Shown here: in pieces, positions 1 to 8,873 of the stretch
Position numbering within the stretch: the stretch's first letter is position 1
Layout of the letters: every line of letters begins with the position of its first letter
Source: Pseudobdellovibrionaceae bacterium
GTDB lineage: Bacteria > Bdellovibrionota > Bdellovibrionia > Bdellovibrionales > Bdellovibrionaceae
Reading direction: 5' to 3'
DNA: 64,000 nucleotides
Assembly (NCBI GenBank): GCA_044359815.1
Contig: JBIKLL010000003.1
Coordinates: 1 to 64,000, forward strand
The notes under the pieces: model-generated
Databases searched by the model: none
Told to the model about the DNA's origin: nothing
The model's input: only the letters and a program-made list of their open reading frames with translations
Program-made: the position numbers and the translations under genes

Positions 1-185
1 CGTAAAACTGATTAATCTAAATGACTCAATACGAGAGATGAGCCCGCGGCCGTTAGCGAGTGTCTAAAAATAGTGAAAAAAATTACCTTTGTATTTACGC
101 AACACCAGATATGCCATGCGCGCTCGCTGGATGTATTCAAAAGATGTAAAATCATAGAAGTGTTTTTTAAATTTAAAACTTCTAT
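1..185. repeat. Type I nested palindromic element, copy 1 (right half; truncated by window start)
   Basis: 1-150 closely matches 3695-3860: S3' arm, module A TACGAGAGATGAGCCCGCGGCCGTTAGCGA, S2' arm, short module B CACCAGATATGCCATGCGCGCTCGCTGGAT, outer arm GTATTCAAAAGATGTAAAA. Confidence 0.93.
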
Positions 186-463
186 TTTCGTAAATTAAAT
201 AAGACTGAGTTTGTCGGCTGATTTTCAAAAATAAATGGTTTAAGTGCTGAGGCGGACGGAGGTTTTTGTTCCGGACGGGAAGTCGATTTTTCTCAACAAA
301 ATAGTTTTGTTCCAGTAAATAAAAAAGCGATCCGAGGACCGCTTTTCTCTCCTCAAAAGGAGACTCTATGTACAACCATAGAATTTATCGGAATAAACCT
401 AGGGATCTTTATCGGATTGGACTATCCTGGACCGGACCGGGGTCCAGAAAAATAAATTCTGTC

Positions 464-490
464 TCAAGATAAAACAGATTGAACCGATCA
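464..490 (+). promoter_or_regulatory. Putative sigma-28 (FliA) promoter
   Basis: TCAA-N15-ACCGATCA versus consensus TAAA-N15-GCCGATAA, 38 bp upstream of a GTG start with GGAGG RBS. Confidence 0.55.
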
Positions 491-528
491 ATTACTTATC
501 GAAAACCCCATTGCACAGGAGGTGCTAA

Positions 529-903
529 GTGGAAAAACTAAGCAGTATATTGCCTGCAAGTCCCAGAGTGAAATCAGTTGATACATCAGAATCGGCACCA
601 GCCAGACCTGGAGCGCCGGCGATCGGTAGACCTGCTGGCAGAAACACTGTCAAAGACAGACTATCTATCAGCGCTGATGCCAAAGAAATGGCCTACAAAC
701 AAACGATGAGTGGTCGTGATCCTGAAGACGTCAGTCGTGCAAAATTAGTTTCTGAAATCAATCGCAAGTTTTTTGATACTCGATTGAACAAACCAGTAGC
801 CATTGATCAAACTGTTTCAGGACAAGTGGTGCAATCATCATTTGATACGCCGGACTCAGAACTGTCAGTTGATGCTGGTCAAAATCTGGACACTCAAGCT
901 TAA
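529..903 (+). CDS. Hypothetical protein, weak FlgM-like motif
   Basis: 124 aa ORF with strong RBS; DRLSISADAKEMA resembles the FlgM D-x-V-x-I-S-x-x-A motif. Confidence 0.7.
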   Translation: MEKLSSILPASPRVKSVDTSESAPARPGAPAIGRPAGRNTVKDRLSISADAKEMAYKQTMSGRDPEDVSRAKLVSEINRKFFDTRLNKPVAIDQTVSGQVVQSSFDTPDSELSVDAGQNLDTQA

Positions 904-2000
904 AGCTGAAGTTGTTCCAGAATTATCCCCATACTTTCATGCGAAGAAAGCTGATGCAAACCCATCAGCTTTCTTTTGCCGTTTTCATCCCTGCCCACTG
1001 TTACAATTAATTTAAGCGACATAAAAATCAGTTTCCTAATTGTTTCTAGACTCCATTGGGGAGCACCCATTTGAACTAACATTTCTAATCTGATCATAGC
1101 CTGCTGGGCATTACTGGCGTGCAGGGTGCACAGACTTCCTGCATGCCCAGTGCTGAGTGCTAACAGTAAATCTTTGGCCTCTGCTGATCGGACCTCGCCC
1201 ACAATGATTCGATCGGGTCGAAGCCTCAGGCTTTGCCTGATTAAATCAGTTAAAGTGATCTCTTTAAAAATTCCTTGGGGATCAAAGCGTGTCAGCATTT
1301 TCACAGACAAATCATTGGGCTTGGTGATTTCGTCAGTGTCTTCCAGAATCAGCACGCGTTGGTTTTCATCAGTCAATTGAATCAAACTGTCAATCACCGT
1401 GGTTTTGCCGACACCAGTAGATCCAATGACCAAAATATTGTCTTTGCGCAAATAGCTGTTTTTTAAAAAATCAATTTCAGCGGGGCTGGCCCAATCCAAA
1501 TCCAAAAGCCTCTGCAAACTGAAATTATGATTGGGCTTTCGCCTGAATGAAATCACTAGCTGATCGCGATCAGTTAAAAACGAACAAACCTGAAATCGAA
1601 ATCCCATGTACGAGCCGCTACAAAATGGATGTTCCAGATTAAACTGCACCTGTGAAGCCTCGGTGAACAAATTAACAAATCGATCAAAGCTCCATTTGCT
1701 AAAAAAAGCGTCATTCAGTTTTTGCAGCTTTCCCTGCTTTTCAATCCAGATCTGATCATAGCGATTAATTAAAATCTCGGTAATGCCACAGTCTTGAAAC
1801 AATTCAGTCAACGGGCCTTGAGCAAAATATTCGTTTTGTAACCGGCTAAATGCAGGGTCAGATAAATGGTGTTTATATTTGTCCAAGGATTTTTGGATTT
1901 TATCATCAATGCTTTGACTGTCTGATCTGAAGCTCAAATTGTGATCCAAGTTTGCTTTGACCTGTTCCTCGATCTGCATTGCTATTTCTGGCAATGCCAT
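900..2000 (-). CDS. cpaF: Tad pilus assembly ATPase CpaF/TadA
   Basis: Walker A GSTGVGKT, LRLRPDRIIVGEVR, TGHAGSLCTLHA; start placed at ATG 2000 next to the secretin stop. Confidence 0.9.
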   Translation of the reverse strand: MALPEIAMQIEEQVKANLDHNLSFRSDSQSIDDKIQKSLDKYKHHLSDPAFSRLQNEYFAQGPLTELFQDCGITEILINRYDQIWIEKQGKLQKLNDAFFSKWSFDRFVNLFTEASQVQFNLEHPFCSGSYMGFRFQVCSFLTDRDQLVISFRRKPNHNFSLQRLLDLDWASPAEIDFLKNSYLRKDNILVIGSTGVGKTTVIDSLIQLTDENQRVLILEDTDEITKPNDLSVKMLTRFDPQGIFKEITLTDLIRQSLRLRPDRIIVGEVRSAEAKDLLLALSTGHAGSLCTLHASNAQQAMIRLEMLVQMGAPQWSLETIRKLIFMSLKLIVTVGRDENGKRKLMGLHQLSSHESMGIILEQLQL

Positions 2001-2001
2001 A

Positions 2002-3270
2002 TTACAAAACCTTGGCCTTAGCTGAATCTGCTGGATGAATGACCTCGGGATACACCAAAACCACAAGTTCTGTACGGCTTTCTAAAAAATCTGTGCTTGA
2101 AAACAAACTCCCTAAAATCGGGATTTTTTGCAGAGCTGGCAAGCCTTGAACTGCTTTGGCATTTTGCAGATTGATCAGACCTGACAATGCGACCATTTGG
2201 TTTTTTAACACATCAAAATGACTTTGCACCCGGTTGGTGAACATCCCAGGGATTCCATCAACAGTTCTAGAGGGATCGATCTGACTGATTTCTGTTTCAA
2301 TACTCAGATTCAGTTTGCCAGCATAGTCAGCCATGGGTTTTAGCTTTAGCAATAGGCCGTATTTTTTCCAAACCACGTCCTGCATTTTGTAGTTCATGAT
2401 TTTTATCGGAAATTCGCCACCGGCCAAAAATTCTGCTTGCTCGCCACTTCGGATAAGTAACTTTGGATTGGCCAAGACCCTGGCGTTGCCATTGGTTTCC
2501 AGAAATCTCAGACTAAAACCATCAGCTGTCAGGTTGTCACCGAATTTGGGTAAAACAGATCCGCTGATGCTGCCAGGTAACTGCAATCCCAGGTTTTGCA
2601 TAGTGCTTTTTTTGATTTCAGCCAGGGTAACAGTGACTCTGATTAATGGTTTAACCTTTACATAGTTTTTGGATTTTTGAACCTGCACTCCGTATTGTCG
2701 CAGGATTTCGGTGACGGAATCGGATTCTTCTTCATCAGCATTGATATATGTTTTTACCGGGCGATTGAACTGCAGCACTTGGGCAGGCAGTTGATGTTGT
2801 TGTAAATCTTGATTGATCAGTTGCTGCATTTTTTGTGACAACTGAGGGCTCATTTTAGCTGCAAACAGATAATCACAGGTTTTATCCCAACACAGATTCT
2901 GAATTTTCAGCCAATCAGAAATTCTGAAAAGCCTTCCACCGACAACGACCTGTGCGTTTTTAATTTCCACCTCCAGTCCCAGGGTGGAATCTATGATTTC
3001 TTTGATCCATTTATAGGTCTGAGCCTGTGTCCAGCTAAGTACCTGCAGATTCTTAATACCGTCATTGGTTTTGTATCTGATGGTGCCAGGCTTCGTGCCT
3101 TGGATTTGAATCAGCTTGTTGTTGAGCTCTTTGACCGAGGCATTTTTGCCGCCTTCAATCGATATTGATTTGGGAGCATTGATAATGGCGCTGTCGCCTT
3201 GGATAAGAGTGTTTTTTTCGGCGGCCAGTATCTGTGATCCCCAAAATATCATCAATAGAATCTGAGTCAT
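2002..3270 (-). CDS. cpaC: Tad secretin (CpaC/RcpA-like, type II/III secretin domain)
   Basis: LANPKLLIRSGEQAEFLAGGEFP and GLPALQKIPILGSLF secretin motifs; signal peptide from ATG 3270 with AAGGA RBS. Confidence 0.85.
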   Translation of the reverse strand: MTQILLMIFWGSQILAAEKNTLIQGDSAIINAPKSISIEGGKNASVKELNNKLIQIQGTKPGTIRYKTNDGIKNLQVLSWTQAQTYKWIKEIIDSTLGLEVEIKNAQVVVGGRLFRISDWLKIQNLCWDKTCDYLFAAKMSPQLSQKMQQLINQDLQQHQLPAQVLQFNRPVKTYINADEEESDSVTEILRQYGVQVQKSKNYVKVKPLIRVTVTLAEIKKSTMQNLGLQLPGSISGSVLPKFGDNLTADGFSLRFLETNGNARVLANPKLLIRSGEQAEFLAGGEFPIKIMNYKMQDVVWKKYGLLLKLKPMADYAGKLNLSIETEISQIDPSRTVDGIPGMFTNRVQSHFDVLKNQMVALSGLINLQNAKAVQGLPALQKIPILGSLFSSTDFLESRTELVVLVYPEVIHPADSAKAKVL

Positions 3271-3485
3271 AAATTTCCTTTTTTTTTTATAGTAAGCCTC
3301 TGCCAGAGCAGGAATCATGCTGATCAGAATCTACACCTTAAGGTTTTACGTTGATCTGACGTCCGCAGCTTCACCCACGCCCTAAGCAACCAAACTTCCT
3401 CGGACAAAATCTCGGACAGCTAAGTGCTTAACAAAGATCATTATGAACAACTGCTTTTCTCAGTCGCCAATAAAGCAATCTAAAT

Positions 3486-3902
3486 AAAACAAATTAGTGG
3501 TTTTAGAATTTTAAAAAATATGTCTGTGTTTTTACACCTTTTGAATACCCGCTAACGGCCGCAAGCTCATCTCTCGTATTGCGTAAAAGCAAAGATAATT
3601 TGTTTTTACTGTTTTTAGACACATGCAGCGAGCGTGCGGGGCATATCTGGTGTTGAGTCATTTAGACTAATCAGTTTTAAGATAATTTATTAATCATAAA
3701 AGTGATTAGTCTAAATGACTCAATACGAGAGATGAGCCCGCGGCCGTTAGCGAGTGTCTAAAAATAGTGAAAAAAATTATCTTTGCATTTACGCATCACG
3801 AGATATGCGGCGGTAAATTAACCGTCGCGCTCGCTGGATGTATTCAAAAGGTGTAAAAACACAGACATATTTTTTAAAATTCTAAAACCACTGATTTGTT
3901 TT
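3486..3902. repeat. Type I nested palindromic element, copy 2 (complete, 417 bp)
   Basis: Outer arms 3486-3548/3840-3902 (62 of 63 complementary); middle arms 3579-3622/3754-3796; inner hairpin 3653-3723; GC modules A' 3549-3578, B' 3623-3652, A 3724-3753, B 3797-3839. Confidence 0.97.
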
Positions 3903-3969
3903 CAGAATTATTAGCAATCTCAAATATGTAAAGCGAATTGATCTTTGCTAAGCCCTTGGCTGTTCGAAA

Positions 3970-5079
3970 TTAAAGGCAAGGAAGTTCAAAATTGACTTCG
4001 ACTTGTCCCCCAGAGCTCTTGATTTCCAGGTTTGAGCTGTGAGCCTTTAGGATGGACTGACAGATTGTTAAACCCAATCCCACACCTGATGAATGGTTCA
4101 TGGCGTCCTCATCGATAAAAAACGGACTCAAGATTTTATCAATCACTGATTTTGGGATTTCAGGGCCAGGGTTTGTGATAGTGAATTTCACCCGATGTGC
4201 TGATGACAGCGCCGATTTAACAGAAATCTCGGCACCCGTCGGTCCAAATTTGACGGCATTGTGGATCAGTCTGTTGAAAACCTGTTGAATCATTGATTTA
4301 TCAGCAACGATGCGTTTTTCAACAAACTGAGTGTTCACTGATTGTTTTTTCTTGCGCAGTTGTTCGCTGATTTCGCCAGTTTTTGCAAAATCAAGCTCAC
4401 CGAGTGCAAAGGGATGCTGATGGACCTTCAAAGTTTTTGTTTCACCAGCAACCACCAATAAAACATCATCAATCAAATTTTTTAATCTGTCCGTGCTTTT
4501 AAAAATCCGTTCCACACAGAGTTCTTGTTCGTCGTTTAAATGAGATTCTTTCAGTAATTCGGTAAAATTTAAAATCGAAGTCACAGGGGTTTTCAGTTCG
4601 TGATTGATCAACATCATAAATTGATTTTTTGCAGTGTCCAGGGTCTTGAGTTCAGCATTGGCGGCGGTCAGTGCCTGATTTTTTTCCCTCAGCTCAGCGC
4701 CCAGCCGAAATCTTTCCATGGCAGCATCAACTGTTGCCATCAAATCCACTGGATCCCAAGGTTTAGCCAGGTAGCGATAGATTTGGCCCGAGTTCACAGC
4801 GGCAATCACTGATTGAATATCAGTGTAGCCCGTCAGCAGTATGCGAATCACGTTGGGGTAGCTTTTCAGAGTGCGTTCTAAAAACTCGACCCCAGTCATA
4901 TTGGGCATGCGTTGATCGGTGATGATCACGCCCACGTCGTCTGGATGTTGGTCCAGAATTTTTAGAGCTTCTTTGCCAGAAGTGGCTTTCAGCACGGGAT
5001 ATTTGGTTCTGAATAATCTTTCCAGGGCATCAACATTGTCGACCTCATCGTCGACGCAAAGAATAGTAGGTTTCATCAT
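3970..5079 (-). CDS. Hybrid response regulator receiver / histidine kinase
   Basis: ILCVDDE and ITDQRMP receiver; NHELKTP HisKA; NAVKF and GVGLGL HATPase. Confidence 0.92.
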   Translation of the reverse strand: MMKPTILCVDDEVDNVDALERLFRTKYPVLKATSGKEALKILDQHPDDVGVIITDQRMPNMTGVEFLERTLKSYPNVIRILLTGYTDIQSVIAAVNSGQIYRYLAKPWDPVDLMATVDAAMERFRLGAELREKNQALTAANAELKTLDTAKNQFMMLINHELKTPVTSILNFTELLKESHLNDEQELCVERIFKSTDRLKNLIDDVLLVVAGETKTLKVHQHPFALGELDFAKTGEISEQLRKKKQSVNTQFVEKRIVADKSMIQQVFNRLIHNAVKFGPTGAEISVKSALSSAHRVKFTITNPGPEIPKSVIDKILSPFFIDEDAMNHSSGVGLGLTICQSILKAHSSNLEIKSSGGQVEVNFELPCL

Positions 5080-5154
5080 GGGATTAGTGTAAAATTTAAT
5101 TTGCAAACAGTACAGACAGAAAAACACATGCGAACAGGATGTTCTTAGGATGTT

Positions 5155-5170
5155 TGGCCAGTTTTTTGAA
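5155..5170 (+). promoter_or_regulatory. Sigma-54-like motif shared with the flp upstream region
   Basis: TGGCCAGTTTTTTGAA (GG-N10-GA); 15/16 identical to 11851-11866 on the minus strand. Confidence 0.4.
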
Positions 5171-5260
5171 ACTCAATCTCGAAAAAACCAAATTGTTTCA
5201 AGCTTAAACAGATTTTCGTCGATGAAGAAGGCGATGGTATCTGACTCAGGGAGATTTTGT

Positions 5261-7468
5261 ATGAAAATCGTACCGAAATTATTTGTTCTATTGATGTATA
5301 TTGCTTTGGCGATTGCGTTTAGCACAGAAGCCTTTGCCCAGTGGGGGACAGGAATGTACGGTGGAATGCAACAGTGCGCTTACCGTGCCGAAGTCGGCGA
5401 TGAAGCCATGGATATCCAAGACGATATCAATGAAATGATGGAACTAAAAAAAGAACTTAAAGACCGAATCAAAGAAAAAAAATCAGACATCAGACGATTA
5501 GACCGCGACATCGAAAGATCTAAAACCGCTTTTCAACGACGTGGTGTTCGTGACGAATACGCCTTGGATATTTATGCCCACATCGAGGGAAATAATTCTT
5601 GTTCGTGTTATTCTGAAGCCAGTCAGGGCAGCGGAGTTTCCAGTTTGGAGAATCAAGATTTTCGATCTATCGCAAGCAACGATGAATTTCAAACGCGCAT
5701 GCCTGCTGATTCTTCCACTCCAGATGGTACAGGTGGTAAATCCTCAACATGTGACGGAGAATGGGTAAAAAGAGCTGACGGAAGTTCTATTTGTCAAGGG
5801 ACCCAAGATACATCAAAAAACGATACTCAAGGCCGACCGGTTATTACTTGCGGTCCTGGAAGAGTAAAAAACCCTGACGGACTTTGCGAAAATTCAAGGC
5901 CTCAAGTCGCTGGAAGTGGTCAACAACAACAGCAGCCACCAGGTAACCGTCCACCAGCAGCAGGTGGCCCAACTGCACAAAGACCGCCAGGTGGCAGACC
6001 TAGCGGACCTCCGCCACCTCCTCCAAGTCAAAATGGCATACCGGGAGCTTCGGCACCAGGTAACTGCCCACTCAGCGCATTTAAATATGATCGATGGAAA
6101 TATATTTGTGATTGGGACCGAACGGGCAAAGTCTATTCAGCCTATGTTTGTGCCCCAGGATATGAATGGTCAGTGGACAAAAAAGATTTCGACAGTAAAG
6201 CCTGCGGTGCTTCGCTAAAAGATCTAACTGATTATTTAGGTAAAAAACGCCAGTACGATCGCGAAATGGAAGCCATGACTCGTGATTTACAGGCTCTGGA
6301 AGACAGCATCGACAGAATGAAAACTGACAAACGTAAGGCAACCAGAGAATACAAACGCGAACTGCGCGAAGCCATGACCGAAGGCGGTTGTGTTGAATGT
6401 ATTATCGGGGGCAGTGGCGGATATTCTGGCCAATCACAATCCAACACTTGGGATGTGATTGCCAATTTAGGATTAGGTTTAGGCGGAATGTTGATCGGTG
6501 CTGATATGCAAAGATCAATGTCTAAAACCAATGCGAAATTGGGATTTCAAACTCAGCCAATCCCATCACTGGGTTTTGGTTATCCTTATTTTATGAATGC
6601 GATTTACGGTGCAGTTGGTTCAAGCCTTGGCGGCGGAGCTTTCGGTTGCGGCAGCGGAGCCGGTGGCGCTGGAAATATGAATGGACCCATGGGGATGATG
6701 AATCCTTTTGGATTGGGCAGCTACGGCGGTGGCGGAATGCCTTGGGGATATCCAGGTGGAATGTACAATCCAATGTACGGCGGAGCTATGATGCCAGGTT
6801 TTGGACCTAATGGTTATATGGGGCCTGGATTGGGCGGAATGTTTGGCGGCGGAATGCCTTTTGGTGGCGGCTTTGGATTTATGAATGGTGGCATGATGGG
6901 CGGTGGCGGTCCTATGTTTGGTGGCGGCGGCGGTCCAATGTTTGGCGGCGGCGGTGGTCCAATGTTTGGTGGCGGCGGCGGTCCAATGTTTGGTGGCGGC
7001 GGCGGTCCAATGTTTGGTGGCGGCGGCGGTCCAATGTTTGGTGGAATGGCTGGCGGTATGATGGGACTTGGTGGGCCAATGGGCAACATGATGAGCGGTC
7101 CCATGGGCGGCGGTATGATGGGCGCTGGAATGATGGGTGGCATGGATCAAATGACCATGTACATGCAATTGCAACAACAACAGATGCAATTTCAGATGCA
7201 ACAAATGCAGGCTTACATGCAGTCGCAACAGCGAGCGCAAGAAAACTATATGGCCAGACAACGTGTCGTCATGGGTCTTCAGAGTGAACTGCAGTCAATT
7301 ATGTACAGACTGCAACAGGCTCAATACGGTGCTGTGGGCAGTTTTGATACAGGCCCTGGGTTAGGTGGATCATTTAATTTTAGTGGCGGTGTTGGAATCA
7401 ACAACGGGCCAGGTATTATACCTGCTTCCGGTTCAAGCCCTGGATCACCTCAGCCAGGCGGCAGATAA
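5261..7468 (+). CDS. Secreted Cys-containing, coiled-coil, Gly/Met/Gln-rich low-complexity protein
   Basis: Long ORF; ATG 5261 with GGGAG RBS and signal peptide ending AFA|Q; two coiled-coil segments, many Cys, Pro-rich linker, Gly/Met-rich C-half. Confidence 0.85.
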   Translation: MKIVPKLFVLLMYIALAIAFSTEAFAQWGTGMYGGMQQCAYRAEVGDEAMDIQDDINEMMELKKELKDRIKEKKSDIRRLDRDIERSKTAFQRRGVRDEYALDIYAHIEGNNSCSCYSEASQGSGVSSLENQDFRSIASNDEFQTRMPADSSTPDGTGGKSSTCDGEWVKRADGSSICQGTQDTSKNDTQGRPVITCGPGRVKNPDGLCENSRPQVAGSGQQQQQPPGNRPPAAGGPTAQRPPGGRPSGPPPPPPSQNGIPGASAPGNCPLSAFKYDRWKYICDWDRTGKVYSAYVCAPGYEWSVDKKDFDSKACGASLKDLTDYLGKKRQYDREMEAMTRDLQALEDSIDRMKTDKRKATREYKRELREAMTEGGCVECIIGGSGGYSGQSQSNTWDVIANLGLGLGGMLIGADMQRSMSKTNAKLGFQTQPIPSLGFGYPYFMNAIYGAVGSSLGGGAFGCGSGAGGAGNMNGPMGMMNPFGLGSYGGGGMPWGYPGGMYNPMYGGAMMPGFGPNGYMGPGLGGMFGGGMPFGGGFGFMNGGMMGGGGPMFGGGGGPMFGGGGGPMFGGGGGPMFGGGGGPMFGGGGGPMFGGMAGGMMGLGGPMGNMMSGPMGGGMMGAGMMGGMDQMTMYMQLQQQQMQFQMQQMQAYMQSQQRAQENYMARQRVVMGLQSELQSIMYRLQQAQYGAVGSFDTGPGLGGSFNFSGGVGINNGPGIIPASGSSPGSPQPGGR
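6899..7045 (+). repeat. Coding tandem repeat, about 6 x 24 bp (GGGGGPMF)
   Basis: GGCGGCGGTCCAATGTTTGGTGGC-type unit repeated six times. Confidence 0.95.
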
Positions 7469-7516
7469 AAAACTATTAATGTTGCCACTGGGGTCAGGCT
7501 TTAATAATTTCGATCC

Positions 7517-8779
7517 ATGATTATTAAACAGTGCTTTGACAGTCATTTGCATTTGCTGGCTACCGGCTTGGTTCAATCCCAACTGAATCTAAAAAATATC
7601 AAAAGTTTTGCTGAACTAAAAAATACAGTGATTCCTGAATCTGCTTACCGGGGTGGCTGGCTGTTTGGCTTTGGCTGGGATCAACATAAAATGACCCAAC
7701 AAACAGTTTTCGATAAATCGGCATTGGATCCTCTGTTCCCTGACATTCCAGTTTATTTGAGCCGGGCTGATGGCCATGTTTGTTTAGTGAACTTAAAGGC
7801 CTTGCAAATTTTAAATATTAAAAATTCTGACGGAATCTTTATTGATAATGACAAAGTCACTATTGATAAGCAGCTTCCCGAAATTCAAACTCAGGATAAA
7901 ATTCAGTTTTTAAAATCAGCAATTAAATATTTAAATCAGCAGGGTTTCACCCATGTTAGGGACATGACTTGTGATCAGCAACAGTGGATTTTGCTTCGGG
8001 ATCTGGATGCGCAACAGCTGCTGACCCTGTATGTGGTTTGCAATTTTACCTGTGATAATTTGGCGGATTTTGATCGCTGTGTGTCCGAAATCAATTTTGC
8101 AAAAGCTCACCCCAGCAAACATTTAATGGTGGGCGGGGTTAAGATTTTTCTGGACGGAGCCTTGGGATCACAGGGGGCCTTGATCAGCCAAACCTATGAT
8201 GATCAAAGCTCTGGGTTATTATTGATTTCGCCCGCGGATTTGCAACAAATAATTTCTAAAACCTGGAAGCTCGGTCTGGATGTGTGCATTCATACCATTG
8301 GTGATCAGGCAATTCATCTGGCTGCCGAAACGGCCTACAGAATTGCATCCTCAGGTCAGACCGGCAGAATCCATTTTGAACACGGACAAATCATCAGGCC
8401 ACAGACCGTTGAAATTTTAAAAAATCTTGATTGTGTTGTGCACATGCAGCCCTGCCATTATCTGTCTGACAAAACTTGGCTCAAACAAAAGCTGGGCCGA
8501 CTGTATGAAAATTGTTTTCCTTGGGCTGCTTTGAGTAAAGCAAATATAAAAATTAACTTTGGCAGTGATGTGCCGATCGAAGAAGCCAGTGTCATCAATA
8601 ACATCAAAGCCATCCAAGAATCGGCCTTAGCTGGCATTTTGCCCATCGAAATTTCTGAAAGTATTTTTAGCTTTAAGCATCAGTCTTTGTTTGATGGCGA
8701 ATGGGGCAGCCATTGCCAAACTGAGTTTCGGGATCACCAAGTCCATTCGGTGATTTTTGACGGGAAAAAGCTTTTGTAG
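7517..8779 (+). CDS. Amidohydrolase family 3 (YtcJ-like)
   Basis: DSHLH, GFGWD, KIFLDGALGS, IHTIGD, FEHGQ, FGSDVP motifs. Confidence 0.88.
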   Translation: MIIKQCFDSHLHLLATGLVQSQLNLKNIKSFAELKNTVIPESAYRGGWLFGFGWDQHKMTQQTVFDKSALDPLFPDIPVYLSRADGHVCLVNLKALQILNIKNSDGIFIDNDKVTIDKQLPEIQTQDKIQFLKSAIKYLNQQGFTHVRDMTCDQQQWILLRDLDAQQLLTLYVVCNFTCDNLADFDRCVSEINFAKAHPSKHLMVGGVKIFLDGALGSQGALISQTYDDQSSGLLLISPADLQQIISKTWKLGLDVCIHTIGDQAIHLAAETAYRIASSGQTGRIHFEHGQIIRPQTVEILKNLDCVVHMQPCHYLSDKTWLKQKLGRLYENCFPWAALSKANIKINFGSDVPIEEASVINNIKAIQESALAGILPIEISESIFSFKHQSLFDGEWGSHCQTEFRDHQVHSVIFDGKKLL

Positions 8780-8873
8780 TGAGCCCCTTCTTCCGATTCA
8801 TTTAAATTGCAAGGTCGGAAACCCGCTACCAGCATCATGTTAAATATAAACCAGTACAACTAGCACAGATAAA

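Noticed and set aside
64..375. 103 aa minus-strand ORF
   Set aside because: Overlaps the Type I palindrome; no recognisable motif; likely spurious
3549..3753. Integron attC site (GCTAAC...GTTAGC)
   Set aside because: About 200 bp span exceeds typical attC length; no cassette array or integrase; the dominant fold does not pair these ends
3486..3902. CRISPR array or hammerhead ribozyme
   Set aside because: No direct repeat-spacer periodicity or cas genes; hammerhead core CUGANGA/GAAA not found in the modules
5131..5145. LexA-like box GAAC-N-GTTC
   Set aside because: Spacer is 5 rather than 4 nt and the adjacent genes are not SOS-type
6620..7261. Antisense ORFs with His/Thr or Pro repeats
   Set aside because: Shadows of the Gly-rich coding repeat on the plus strand
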